DNA of 64,000 bases from NCBI RefSeq assembly GCF_002113885.1, contig NW_018405822.1, positions 87,176 through 151,175 of the forward strand, written 5' to 3'. Position numbers and translations under genes: made by a program. The stretch is from Mizuhopecten yessoensis. Lineage: Eukaryota. Below, one piece after another: positions 12,867 to 27,800 of this stretch (position 1 is its first letter; every line of letters starts with the position of its first letter). A model generated the notes under the pieces. It did no database searches and was not told where the DNA came from. It saw only the letters and a program-made list of their open reading frames with translations.

Positions 12867-15800
12867 CTGAAATAACAAATTTACACTAAGATAAATTATG
12901 CCTTTTGTTAACATATTAATTCAAAGGTGTATTTCACAGCCAAACATATGAACTGATCGTGACCAAAAACCAACTGGAATGAATTATTTTGATTGATGCG
13001 AGCATAAATTTTAGATACCTTAAATATGCTGAGTAAGTGGAACAAAAGGCCTAAACAGCCTGTATTGCTCTAGAAATTATGTCAAAATGTTCTCATTAAA
13101 AGTAATACAAGTCACCAGGAGTGGGGCCAGACCAAAGATAGTATGAATTGTGTTTGTATCTTAGTGCAAAGTAATCAAGAAAATGAGTATGTAGTTTATT
13201 GTTATATATATTATTATGGGGAGGGGATCTCAAATATTTCTATCTTTATAACCCAAGGACTTATTACAAAGAGGCATGTCTAAAACTCATGTTGGTGTTG
13301 TATCTTCATACTTACATGTAGGTATATATAAATATAATGATGGGAATTTTGACTTCAAAGTTGTAACCCATTTTTGGCCCTGCCACTCATGATTATTGTC
13401 ATTATGTACTAACATACCACCTTTAATTGAAAATCTCTCCAAATTTGTTAATTTTTTTTCCCAAATTTAGGGAAGTTGTTGACAGTACTGTGTTGACAAA
13501 TCAGAATTGAGAATTTTATTTGAGCACTGCCATTATACAAACACATACTAAGTTTACCCATTTCAAGAAAAAAGTGTCTGTAATCTAATCAGAACAGAAG
13601 GATGTACCAGTCACTAACAAATATGTTTACCCATTTCAAGAAAAAAGTGTCTGTAATCTAATCAGAACAGAAGGATGTACCAATCACTAACAAATATATG
13701 TCTGTAATCTAATCAGACTAGAAGGATGTACCAGTCACTAACAAATATATGTCCGTAATCTAATCAGAACAGAAGGATGTACCAGCTGTCACTAACAAAT
13801 ATATGTCTGTAATCTAATCAGAACAGAAGGATTTACCAGTCACTAACAAATATATGTCTGTAATCTAGTCAGAACAGAAGGATCTACCAGTCACTAACAA
13901 ATATATGTCTGTAATCTAGTCAGAACAGAAGGATCTACCAGTCACTAACAAATATATGTCTGTAATCTAGTCAGAACAGAAGGATCTACCAGTCACTAAC
14001 AAATATATGTCTGTAATCTAGTCAGAACAGAAGGATCTACCAGTCACTAACAAATATATGTCTGTAATCTAGTCAGAACAGAAGGATCTACCAGTCACTA
14101 ACAAATATATGTCTGTAATCTAGTCAGGACTGGTACATTCTTCTGTTCTGACTAGATTACAGACATATTTGTTAGTGCCTGGTACATCCTTCTGTTCTGA
14201 TTAGATTACAGAAATATATTTGTTAGTGACTGGTACATCCTTCTGTTCTTATTAGATTACAGACATATATTTGTTAGTGACAGCTGGTACATCCTTCTGT
14301 TCTGATTAGATTACAGCCATATATTTGTTAGTGACTGGTACATCCTTCTGTGCTGATTAGATTACAGACATATATTTGTTAGTGACAGCTGGTACATCCT
14401 TCTGTTCTGATTATATTACAGACATATATTTGTTAGTGACTGGTACATCATTCTGTTCTGATTAGATTACAGACACTTTTTTCTTGAAATGGGTAAACAT
14501 ATTTGTTAGTGACTGGTACATCCTTCTGTTGTGATTAGATTACAGACATATATTTGTTAGTGACTAACAAATATATGTCTGTAATCTAATCAGAACAGAA
14601 GGATTTACCAGTCACTAACAAATATATGTCTGTAATCTAGTCAGAACAGAAGGATCTACCAGTCACTAACAAATATATGTCTGTAATCTAGTCAGAACAG
14701 AAGGATCTACCAGTCACTAACAAATATATGTCTGTAATCTAGTCAGAACAGAAGGATGTACCACTCACTAACAAATATATGTCTGTAATCTAATCAGCAC
14801 AGAAGGATGTACCAGTCACTAACAAATATATTTCTGTAATCTAATCAGAACAGAAGGATGTACCAATCACTAACAAATATATGTCTGTAATCTAATCAGA
14901 ACAGAAGGATTTACCAGTCACTAACAAATATATGTCTGTAATCTAGTCAGAACAGAAGGATCTACCAGTCACTAACAAATATATGTCTGTAATCTAATCA
15001 GAACAGATGGATGTACCAGTCACTAACAAATATATGTCTGTAATATAATCAGAACAGAAGGATGTACCAGCTGTCACTAACAAATATATGTCTGTAATCT
15101 AATCACAACAGAAGGATGTACCAGTCACTAACAAATATGTCTGTAATCTAGTCAGAACAGAAGAATGTACCAGTCACTAACAAATATATGTCTGTAATAT
15201 AATCAGAACAGAAGGATGTACCAGCTGTCACTAACAAATATATGTCTGTAATCTAATCAGACTAGAAGGATGTACCAGTCACTAACAAATATATGTCTTT
15301 AATCTAATCAGAACAGAAGGATGTACCAGTCACTAACAAATATGTCTGTAATCTAGTCAGAACAGAAGAATGTACCAGTCACTAACAAATATATGTCTGT
15401 AATCTAATCAGAACAGAAGGATGTACCAGTCACTAACAAATATATGTCTGTAATCTAATCAGAACAGAAGGATGTACCAGTCACTAACAAATATATGTCT
15501 GTAATCTAATCAAAACAGAAGGATGTACCAGTCACTAACAAATATATGGATTCTGTTCATCATTAAACTTTTCCAAAGTATTACCATCATGAAAAGCATG
15601 TCCACATTCAGCAATACTGCAAAAATCAAAATAAACATTCCTTACTTTTTCAAAATTATTCGTGAACAAAAAGTTTTAAAGAATTACTGTGAACCTTCCA
15701 ATAAGTCTTTTGTCAATGGTGTGCATGATGAATTGAATCCAAAGAAGATAGCTTCCTTCTATTTACCTGGTGTTGTCAGTTTTGTGATCGCTGGTCTGAT

Positions 15801-18800
15801 GTTGGTTTGTTTGTTCCCAGGCTGGAACAGAACTGTTCTCTGAGGGGTAGATGATAGTGCTCCAGGATGAGATGACACAGACAGACCGCCCCTGGGGCTG
15901 GGATGGCGCGATGTGGAGAGCAGCTGCTGTATGACGGGATGGGATGCCTGCTTGGAGGAGAGAGTATGTTGTGACAGGCCCTGCAACAGTCTGGCATGTG
16001 ACATGCTCTGAGAGTGCTGCTGTAACTGGGCTGGCCTCTGTAGTAGTGACAAGGCCTGGGGTGGAAACATCTTGTCCCCTGATACAAGTTTCACATTTGA
16101 AGGCAGGCCTGTCAGTAGGGTGTGATTCCCAGAACTCGTCTGCAACAGGATCTGACTAGCGGAACTATCGTCAACAGGACCAATAGAGGGTAGCGTCTTC
16201 CCAGGACGCTGCAGGATGTTTGGCACATGTGGTACAGTTGTTGGCAAAGAAACATTGACTAGCTTGCGTTTCTTGGGCGTTCCAGGATCTTCGGAGTTGT
16301 TTGGAATGACACGTCTTTTCCGAATACGTCCCCTAGAGCTCACATCAATGTCATCACAGTCGTCCATGATTTCTGTAAGAATCAAGTCAGCACATAGAAT
16401 CAAGTCAGCACATAGAATCAAAGAAATCCTATTTTCCATCCTAAAAGGGTTTTTTGTATGCTGAACAATTGTAACTTTTTATCTAAGTTAGGACAACGCT
16501 GTCATCAATCTACCCCACTCTGAAGACAAGTTAGAACAATCTAAGTACATATGTAGCAACTTAAGGTACGACAATATGGACAAAACAATCCTTCTTCTTC
16601 AGTAAACAGGTTTAAACCATGAAGCCTTGGAGCATACAATGTTGATAAAATTCTGTTAGTATTATCCACAAACCATTTATAGTTACCCAGATACGGACAT
16701 AGCAATTATTCTTTATATGAGAAAGTATAAGGAAGTGACTGAAGTAAACATGAAGATCAAATTCATCATTTGGAACATGAGTTCACAAGAGCAACCCTAG
16801 CTGTAATTGTTATTCATGTAGCACATAAGTTACCAAAACAGCGAAAGAGCTTTATTTTCTTTTTTTGCTTAAGTGCACAGACTCACTTTTTCCTTTATCA
16901 ACTGATCATGAGTGGGGGACAAATAGCTCTTAACAAATGAAATTATTCTGACTATAGAGGTTTTAGTGACTCTAGTATATAGTAGTCAGATTTGAATCAT
17001 TTCGTTAAACATATTTCAAATTTAGTGCATTTATAAATGAACTTGTGCATCCCTACCAGTCTGAGTTGTGGAGATATTGTTTGTTAATGCAGCTGCAGAA
17101 GTTGTCGTTTGTTGGCTGACCACATCGCTCTCTTCATCCTTATCCTCATTCTCACTCCCATCCGAGTCAGAATTCTCGCCATCCTCAGACTCGGATGAGT
17201 CAGAGTGCTCAGATTCCCACTTTTCCTGAATTTCCCAAAAACAGCACTTAGTCTCAGCCATAATGATTTAACACAGTAACATTTGACTTATAACAGACGC
17301 ATTTGGGTCTCAATTTGGTAGAAATCTGTCCTGTAGTTTAGGAGATGACTTTAAATCAAAATCGGACACTTTGACCCAGTCCCTCATGATCAATCCCCAA
17401 AGTAGGTCAACCTCTTTATATAATTTATGATCCCCATGGCCTAAGGAATCAAGCACGAAAATGTTTTTGTAGAGGATTTTTTTTTACACAATGACAGTTA
17501 TCTCTTTTTCACATATTTCAAAAATGATGTAAATAAATTGAAAATATGATCTAGAAATTGTCAATTTATTATTCTTTGATGGAAACCAAATTACTCTCAA
17601 CCATGCATACTTATGACATCTGTTAGCATTGTATACATATGTAACCAGAGGCTATCATGTGCACCCACACATGCATTGTCACAGGGATCTCAATATTTTA
17701 CCAAACACTATTCAGTGCTCCAGATAACTTTTGAACATGTGGGGGTTTTCACCCCTACCTCTCCAAAGTGTTGGGGTGAAAACTTAAATTTTAAACAATG
17801 AAGTGCTGTAAAAGCAACGTTACCTGAAAATGTTGAAATAAGATGAATAATTTGTATGTGTTATTCTTATAGTATACGGTTAAGAATGACTCAAATTCAT
17901 ATTTTTGTGTTGTCTTGACATGTGGTATTATTTTTCCATTTCACTGTGATTGTGTTTAAATGTTTAAACCCAAAACTCAATGAGTTGCATATTTTTTTCG
18001 TTTGAATAGTACACATATCCTTCTTCGTTTTTTATCATTCCATATTCGAACAGCCCTTCTTGGCTCAAAGTCAGTTCAGGTCCTAACATGTTGATTTTCA
18101 TCAATGTATTGACAGTTGCTGCTTTGAGAGAGCATCTTAACCGTGACTTTAGGCGGTTTTGCACACTGAATGATCGTTCACATTCTATTGATGTTATACA
18201 CAAGGTTAATGCAATTTGTGCTAAAACAGAAAAGTTTGGAATCATTTTTGAATGAAGTAAAACTACCCGCCGATTGTTGACATTTTGATAGCGCCATAAT
18301 TTAATTCTCTCTCGTGTTAGCGTTTGTAACAGGAGGCATTGATATGCAAGCGTCTCGGTGACTCACTGTAAGCGTATTATAATATGCTAAATTGGACCCG
18401 GAGACTGACGCAATGTTCCGGATTTTGCTTGCGTGAATTAAGCAAGTTCATTTTTTTCTTTTGCGTAATTTGTGAAATATCGTACGTGAATACGCATTCA
18501 CGCAAGCTATCTGGAGCACTGNNNNNNNNNNNNNNNNNNNNNNNNNNNNNNNNNNNNNNNNNNNNNNNNNNNNNNNNNNNNNNNNNNNNNNNNNNNNNNN
18601 NNNNNNNNNNNNNNNNNNNNNNNNNNNNNNNNNNNNNNNNNNNNNNNNNNNNNTGTTGTAAGATAGCTCGTCTGTTGGTGATATGTGTTGTAAGATAGCT
18701 CGTCTGTTGGTGATATGTGTTGTAAGATAGCTCGCCTGTTGGTGATATATGTTGTAAAATAGCTCGTCTGTTGGTGATATATGTTGTAAGATAGCAAATA

Positions 18801-21800
18801 TCAATAGAAACACATGTACAGTAAAATCTTGATGTAATGGCTTATGCATGCCCTTCATTTCATTTGCCACCTCGCTTACTCCAAACATATTTTCAGGTTC
18901 CTTAATTATGTTTTTTTAAGAATTCCTTTGCATGTTTCCCACAATTTATTGCAAAAAATTCTTTGAACAAATGGAGGTTTTGCTGTACCTTAACATGTTG
19001 TACACTTCAAAAGAGATGATGAGGCAATGTGAAATAGTCAACAGCTGTTGATGGTGGTGACCGATCCAACACTGCACAATCATGCAAACTTGCCCAACAA
19101 CTTTAACTAAGTTATCTAAAATGAATGCTATAAAATGAATGCTATAATGTTGGATGGGAAAGCAGTTGTTGGTCGTCAGGAGTAGTTCAGATTAAAATGT
19201 GTAATAGTCGGATCTGTGGAGACATTGATTTACTTATGAGCACATATCACTTTTTCCACAATCCTACTTAAATAGGCACACCATTTAAAACCTATAGAGC
19301 AAAAAGATTTAACACTGTGATAATATGAGGGAGTGTACCTCAACTTGTTCCTCGAAATAAGTAGTCTGTTCCTTGTGCATCTTGAGCCTGGCTTTCCTCG
19401 TTGCCTGGGTGAGTTTCTGTTCCCATGGCTCCAGCTCCTTCAGCAGGAACAAGAGCCGCCCATGGAGGTCTATCACACAACGTTTGCGGGGCGGGGGTTT
19501 AATCACCTGATCAAATCATAAAAAAGCAAAAATTCAATAAGAATTTTCTGTAACATCAAGGACTGAAACATTTAGCTGATATGCTTCGAACAAAAATTGA
19601 ATGACATTAGTTGTTTTAGATAATAATTATAACCAGCAAGGATTTTCATGCATTTTAGCAGTGCCAAGTGCATGGAATGATATGATAAAGACATTCAATA
19701 CATTCTGTACAAAGAAGGTCAAGGTCATTTTCATTCTCACACTGTGTCGGGCTCTATCCCAGGAAGCCACCAGCCAAATATAAAGATTCTATACCTTCAG
19801 TTCTTCAGAAGAAGTCGTTTGAAGCATTTGACATATTTGACCCCTGTGACCTTGAAAGTAGGTCAAACTAATTTTCGTTCTCAAACTTTGTCAAAAAGCT
19901 TTCAGCCAAATATCATGACTCTAGGCCTGTCCGTTCTTCAGAGGAATTTGTTTAAAGGAAATGTTGACGGACGAGGACGTACAAGGGATGCCGCACCATG
20001 ACATAAGCACATTTGCCCTTTGGGTAGGTGAGCTAATAAAAATGTAGTGTTTTTAATTATAGGCTCCGTTTCGTGTTAGTTTTACCAAATCGCTAAGCCT
20101 TTAGTGTGCATGTTTTTTCCCGGCTCACTTTCATGTTGATCTCGCGTCTAACAAGTGATCGATAACCTCGTGAATTATTTCAATATTTTAAAATGAAGCA
20201 TCATAAAAATAGTGTATTCTACTTTTATTTTTTTCTCTTTGTGTAGATTTGAAGGGGATGTATTGAATGTCCACGCTTCTAGTATAAACTTATTTTTTAT
20301 AATCCCTTTACTGTCAAATCAGCCTGTAGTTCAAACAGTGCAGTAGGCCTTCACGCCACTTGTTGAGGAGTGAAAACAACATGGTCCCTCCATCGCGATT
20401 ATAAATAATTTCAATTAAATTGCTGTAGACCTATTGTTAATCGGTAATCACTGATAGAGTGTTAGCTAATTACTGCATTGTAATTTGTATTAACTGTGGT
20501 GTTGAGAAGTGTCAATAATTTTCGCTGAAGCTATCGATCCTTCCTAGCCTATTGTCCGGGATCAGACGGCGTCGGTGGTTATAATGTTACCTGTGCCAAG
20601 CTAGTGTTTGTCACCAAATCAGCAGTCATGACAACAGATTACCGATTTTAATCATTTTAGAGTAGGTAAAAATTATGTTGTTTTTGTTATCTTCAATCTA
20701 TCATATACTGAACAAAAAAAGAAACGCACAAAGTTCCCCCCCGGCAGTACACCTTAGCTGTAAGGTAATAATGGAATATTTGGTCAGGTATTACATCAAG
20801 AACGATCTCCCTTCTCAACAATCTACCCTAAAATCAGCCAAGCGTGACGATGTCAATGTGTGACTTTGTGAGCTTCTTTAGTCCAAATCACGCGGTGTGA
20901 TCAAGCCAAGCCAGAATTTTTCAAACAAATAATCTCAACGGATACTCTAAGTTCAGCCACATTAATTTTCCACGTTGGCATTTTGATTTTGCCATTGACC
21001 GAGATGCCACGCTTAACGCATATTCAGAGGGGTAGAGCAATTGCGATGCTGATGGATGGTCATAGCCAAACTGCTTTCACACGGCAGTTTGGTGTTGGCC
21101 CGTGTACAACTAACCGTCTGTACACGTTTCCGTGCTACTTGGTTAGTTACGATCGTCTCAGGAGCGGTGGTCGTCCACGTGTAACGACTGCACGACAAGA
21201 CAGGGCGATTCGATTGTCGCACTTGCGCAACAGATTCAAAACTGCTGCAGAGACTGCGACGACGGACAAAAGGCGATCGCAATAAGTCACTTGAGACTTT
21301 GTCTCAGGGGACCTAAAAAGGGTCCATTTACAAGTATGTTTTAATCTATGGAAAGTACTGAAAACATATCATTATCAAGTATCTCAACACGTTCCATATC
21401 TTACACATATTCTACATGTACACGTAGTGGTTTTGCCATACAGTTTATTGTGTGTGATGCCTAATTTGACTTACGAAGTGTTAGTGTATAGAGACAGTGA
21501 AAGTGGGAAAGAGAGTATACATGAATATATATATATGCATGGTCTAGAAAAAAGTGGCCGAAGACATTGAGTTGTAATAAAAGAAATCATAAACATTTCT
21601 CTTTTTTTATACTAGTAAATGTATATATATATATACACTTTATGAAAACATTTGAAAAGGGATATTCGGCTCATGAATATTCCTTTTTACAGAAAGGTTT
21701 GGTTGGAGGAAGGTGTTTAGCTCTGTACCATTTGTACCGGTCACATTCCTGTAATAGATATTTCCTGGTGTCTATAAATAATGCTGAGATGCTAACAAAT

Positions 21801-24800
21801 ATTTCTTCATTTAAATTCTGGTTATTGGCGCATGTGTGCAATTAACTGATGATGATGAAGAATAATTACTGATTCAATACGTTTCAACACCGACTTAGAA
21901 ATCATATTACTTGGTTTCATAGTGCGGTAAGAAGTTTCACTTGCAGTTGCCCAACAGCCCCTCTCTGGGGGCCCCTTTGGGAACTTTGCATCTCGCCTGT
22001 GTTTACTGCCTCGTTTCAAAACCGTTAGGTGACATTATTGGTGCTATTTTTAACAGGGCTTTCCGGAACAATTCAAGTGGTCAAACTGGACATTTGGAAC
22101 GGACTATGAATATGGGGATAGCAAGGTAAAATAATAACAAGGTGCATACAACACATACATCCATAAAAAAAAGAATATGGTTCTTCACGTGATTTCCCTT
22201 TAAGAGTATAGTGAGAACAGCATTGTTGGAATATCATTATGATTTATTCATTCTCAGACATATATTCATTTATTTCTATGATGATATTTTGAAAGATTTA
22301 TGATGAACTTGAAGTATTTGTTAAAATTATCCATTTTCTTGAGTCAGACTATTTTATTTGTAGTTATTAAAAAGAATAATGATAAGAAAAAGAAAAGGAC
22401 AAGAAAATGAGCATTAATAATCTAATGTCAAGATTATTATATAATACTATTTATTTAAGATTAACTACATCAATTATTATTATCTTGTTTTGAGTTTTCT
22501 GTCTCAATGTGGTGTCACGCATGATAGATGGGTTACAACACGGAAATGGTTGGCAGCTCCTTGCTGCGATGGAAGGGTTAAAAAATAGATACCATAGCGC
22601 ATCAAAAAATAGATACCATAGCGCATCAAAAAAAAATACCATAGCGCATCAAAAAATAGATACCATAGTGCATCAAAAAATAGATACCATAGTGCATCAA
22701 AAAATAGATATCATAGCGCATCAAAAAAAAGATACCATAGTACATCAAAAAATAGATACCATAGCACATCAAAAAATAGATACCATAGCGCATCAAAAAA
22801 TAGATACCATAGCGCATCAAAAAATAGATACCATAGCGCATCAAAAAATAGATACCATAGCGCATCAAAAAATAGATACCATAGCGCATCAAAAAATAGA
22901 TACCATAGCGCATCAAAAAATAGATACCATAGCGCATCAAAAAATAGATACCATAGCGCATCAAAAAATAGATACCATAGCGCATCAAAAAATAGATACC
23001 ATAGCGCATCAAAAAATAGATACCATAGCGCATCAAAAAATAGATACCATAGCGCATCAAAAAATTCCTGGGGAAAACAATGCCTCTGGTGCACTCTTGA
23101 GTTATAATGTTTTGAAATGTAACGAGAAGATTTTTCACCTTTTGTTTCTTTCCTTTACCAATAACAATTGGTTCCTGTTCAGCAAATGATTCCACCAGCT
23201 GCTTCAAGTCTTCCACACATTCCACGACCAGTTTAAATGGACCTATTTCTGGGAACTGAAAACCATCAATAGTTCAAATCATGTATGAAATTCAAACAAA
23301 TCATTTTTCTCCAAGAAGGAACACTGTTCATGTTGATCATGAACAAAAATATGTTCATATTAAAAAACAAGATGTGTACCATACACATTCACTATTATTT
23401 TTTCTGTTGTTACAACCAATCCTTGCCTAAAACCATACTTATAAATAAAGTACCATGAGTTCTTATGTTTATCAAAATGCAGAATAGCTAAATTATTCTA
23501 TCCATTCTATTTTGTAACATTGAACCATATTCCAGCCTAATTAGATAGCACTATACAGATATATTGAATTCACTTTAAAAACTTTTATGGCAGATTATAA
23601 GATATATCGTTCAGTCAAATTAGATCGCTTGCACAAAACTATCAACTTGCATATGAAGAAATGAAACCAACACTCTGAATGCAAAGGTTTTGAGAAAAGG
23701 AAAAAGTGAATAGGTATGTTTAAACTCGTAGTTTTAGCCCCAAAATGATTTTATATGGTTGGTTTACCGCCAAAACGCAAGAAAATCAGCCAAGAAAACA
23801 TTTTTAAATTTAAGGGTGTAGTGGCTTTTGCTTCAGTTTATACAGATACCTGCATTTGATTCAAATATATTTAGCATTATTTATTTATTCAGTTAATTCA
23901 GATTTTGACCAGGTATGCCACATAGGTACTCCTAGCCCGAGTTTCCTCTGGCCCTGACAGATGTCTGGTGTGGGGCCAGAGCACACTGCTATATATATAA
24001 AAACGTGCAATTCTCCGACACGGTCTACTATGACAGAACACATAATTCACATATAACAACAAATGGATTATTTATTGATCCAAATCAGCTCTTATAATCA
24101 CCAACAGCTGCTAAATTCTGTCAGTAGAGTCTTCGATTTTCAATCGTTCAAAATTTCCCACCTGAGCGAACACCAATTTTTGTACGTCACAAGATGACTA
24201 ATCAACAAACCATATTGATGAGGACTGAAAACAGAATATATCATTCTTGTTTTAGAAGATTTCCGGACCGCGTGATTTGGTTGATTAGTCATTTCTGATA
24301 CCAAACTGTGTTGAGAATTCCACGTTTTCATATAAAAGTGCGCTCTGGCCCCACACCAGACATCTACAATGTATCTGTCAAAATGTCTAAGTCTGGTGTA
24401 GGGGCCAGAGGAAACTCAGGCTAAGGTACTCCCTGTAATCAAGAAGTATTTACCATTTCCTCCAGCTGCTCAATCTCTTCCTCCTCCCTTTTGCAGTCCA
24501 TTGCTTCACCCTTTACCCTGTCTAAATCAGCATGACAGCTCTGGCCATAATCATGGTCTAGGAACTTCCCCACCCCACTCTGCCCAGAGTAGTCATGGTC
24601 ATGCATTTGCCCTAATCCCTGTTCAGGATCTTTCTCTGTCATTTCTACTTTCACTTTAATATCAGAAGTGTCAGATATATCACAGCTCGAGGTTTCACTA
24701 CTGTCTCTATCAGATTGTGTGAGGTTTTTCCCAGTTTTTACACCCCCCACCTCATGCTTCACATTTGCCACAGTTTCAGGTGGATTGGATGTTGGAGTAT

Positions 24801-27800
24801 TTGATTCAGGTTTTATGTCAAAGGATGTGTTACACTCAGAAAGCTTATGTTCCAAACTGTCCTGAATGTTGTCCCTATTTGTGGACTGTTCTGCCATAAT
24901 TAGACTGTTCTGGGGAACTTTAAGGAACTGACTAGTACCAATGCCATCAGATGGCGACTCTGTATTATGAGCAGAAAGGGTATCACAAAATAGAGACGGT
25001 TTTACATCTGTAGTTTCTATATCCTTTGGATGGTCTCCCTTGGCATCCATCTCTATAAAACCATCCTGGAATTCTGTTTCATTAACATCCATTGGTTCAT
25101 AACCACTGTTGTCATTTCCCTTCATGCTCACCGGATGCAACATTTGGGAATCTGTGTCACTTTCACACATTTCTGTCTCATTCCTGTCCTGTATATGTTT
25201 ACCATCTGTTTTGATATCGCTATTTTTACAAGCACCATTACTATCTTCTAAACTGTCTAGAGTGTTACTCGTCTCTGACATAGTCTCATCTCTATCCATG
25301 GAACTTTCGTCTAATGACTGTTCTGAAACATTGAGCTCTCGTAACAACCCATTCCGCACCAGCCTGCGAGTTCGAGACCGCTTACAAGCACCCTCTCCAT
25401 CTACAGATGAAGTGTCGCTACAGTTGTCACTCTCCATCAGTCGCTGTAGGGGTTTGTTTGGAGGCTCACTGTTCCGTTTTTTGGGCGTACCATCACATAT
25501 CCCACTGTCATTAAGATTTAAGTCACTCTGATCTCCAAAACTAGTCCTTGTATTAGCATCAGACCCATCGCTTTCATCACAACCATCCTCCTCGTCATCA
25601 GAAGATGAGGGTGAAGATGAATAATTTCGAACAGGTAACACAGTTTTGATTTTCTGAAAATATAAAACCAGAAAAAAAATAAAAATTAAATGCAATTGAT
25701 TATAAGTACGAAAAAATGCATTTCCCTATAATTTTTGCTATTTCTTTTGCATAAATGAAAACATTTCAACAAAATTATGAAACAGTTTCTATCAAATGTC
25801 TTTGATGATGCGATATTCTGTATTTATGGATGACTGTCTAACTGGAAAAAGTAAAATAGGTCCAGTAATTCTAAATGGACATGGTTTACCTGTCGAAGTC
25901 GGCTTGGCCTATTTGTAGGAGGAGCAGGTACTTCTGGCTTAAGCTTCTTTCTCTTTTTCTTTGCTTTCTTTGAGCTCTGTGCTTTATTTGTTTCGGTATC
26001 TATCGCCATTCGTTCTGGTTCTTTTTCCTATAAAACAGGATGCCAACGTTTAAAACAAACCTCATCAACCTCTAATTTAATCATTGTGCTGTGGTGTTTC
26101 TACCAAAATCAGAAATTAGATTTGTTTTCAAACTCTGCTAACTTTTTACACATCTGAAACAATTGTCCCCTATACTGCAGACAAAGAAACCATTTGAATT
26201 CTCCCAAATGAAACTCATCTTACCAGCATCAATGTTACAACATATCAGAAGCCATGGCAGCCATATTGAACCTCGAAACTATTTTTTTTCTTATTTGGTG
26301 TAAAATATACCCATATATTATACACCTATAAAGTACAAATAAAACCAGCCCAGTATAGGACAAATTATAATTATAATCGTACCAGCAATAAGATGCCACA
26401 ACAGCCATCTTGAGTCCAAAAACTCAAAAACAGACCACAGTTGGAAAAACAGCTTCAACCCCTTTTCATCATAGCTGTCTGACCATGAGTACACCACGGC
26501 ATAACAGTGAGCAGCCTTCCCAACTATTTTGTTTATTTCTTTAGGTACCAATTGTCAGGGCCTACCTCTATATTGTTTCTACAAGAACCAAATACTGGGC
26601 CCAGAGTTTGATTCAAACTTTCAAAAATTTGTACATTCAATATTGTTCAGGTACTGTGTCTTTTAATGATCATTTAAATTCTGACAAATGAAGTTTTCAA
26701 ATGTAATTTCAATAACAATGAAAAGATCTAAATTTTAGTTAACACCTTGTTAAGGTCATGGTCAAACACCTGACCAACTGAGTCAAGACCATTAATCTAT
26801 TTTAAAAAAGCCTTAAGGAAGTATATTTTAAAAGGACCACCTGTTGGTAGTTTTTCTCAGCAAGGAAAAATATGATGCAATCAATTTTAAACAATGCAAA
26901 CCTTTTGTTTTGGTTTTGTTTTTTCTAGAACAGGGAGTTTGGGTTCAGGGATTTGTTCCTGTTTGTAGATCCTAAGGTCAGCCCCACAGAACTGGGGGAA
27001 GTGGAGGTAACGTGTTCCATCAGCGTCAACTCCCAGTAGGTAGTCGTGCTGCTCCTCGATGGCCTGTGACTCAATAGCGTCCCTAATGGATTCCTGGTGC
27101 TCCTACAGATTTAACATAGAAAGTAATGTTCTTCATATTCTTACTGGTCTTTTTCTTTCTTTTCAATTAAAACAAATACATGTGAATAGCTTATCATAGC
27201 TTGACAACACATACACTATACCAGTACTGGAGGACTATTCCACACGATGACATGTAAATACTTTTATTGTTTAGGATACAAAAATTTATCTTATAGATGT
27301 GAAACGACTCGAAATAATCATGCCAATTTAATTCAAATGGTGTGATTGTATTTATCAGATGGTCTATTTTATCAGTTTTAAAACTGCCCAGCGATCTCCA
27401 GTAATACAGTCACACATGATGACCATAATGCAGTAATTTGCTGTGTGATTTTGCTAAAGAATCTTGCTAAGTTAGTCAACATACATGAACTAGCATAGCT
27501 ATTTTTTAGTCCATTGAGTTGATCAGCTCTAGATCTTCCTGTAAGAATATTAGCTGTTTAATAAGACTCCTAAATTGAGTTGGGAAGCTGAAACAACCCA
27601 GACCATGTGATTTATTTGATTATTTGAATTCTTAAACTAATCATTGATCTTTCAGATCATAGGAAACTGAAATTGCAGAAAATAACTTATAAATAAATAT
27701 ATACAACAAAGTTACATGATATCGAACATTAAGTCATTGAAAGCTCTTTTATAACAAATAAAGATTCACAAAATGTATGCTGACCACAAACGACTATTAT

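Noticed and set aside
22451-23189. ORFs of 226, 199 and 127 aa with DTIAHQKI / LMRYGIYF repeats
   Set aside because: Products of a stop-free 24-bp minisatellite; only 23255-23139 is a real exon
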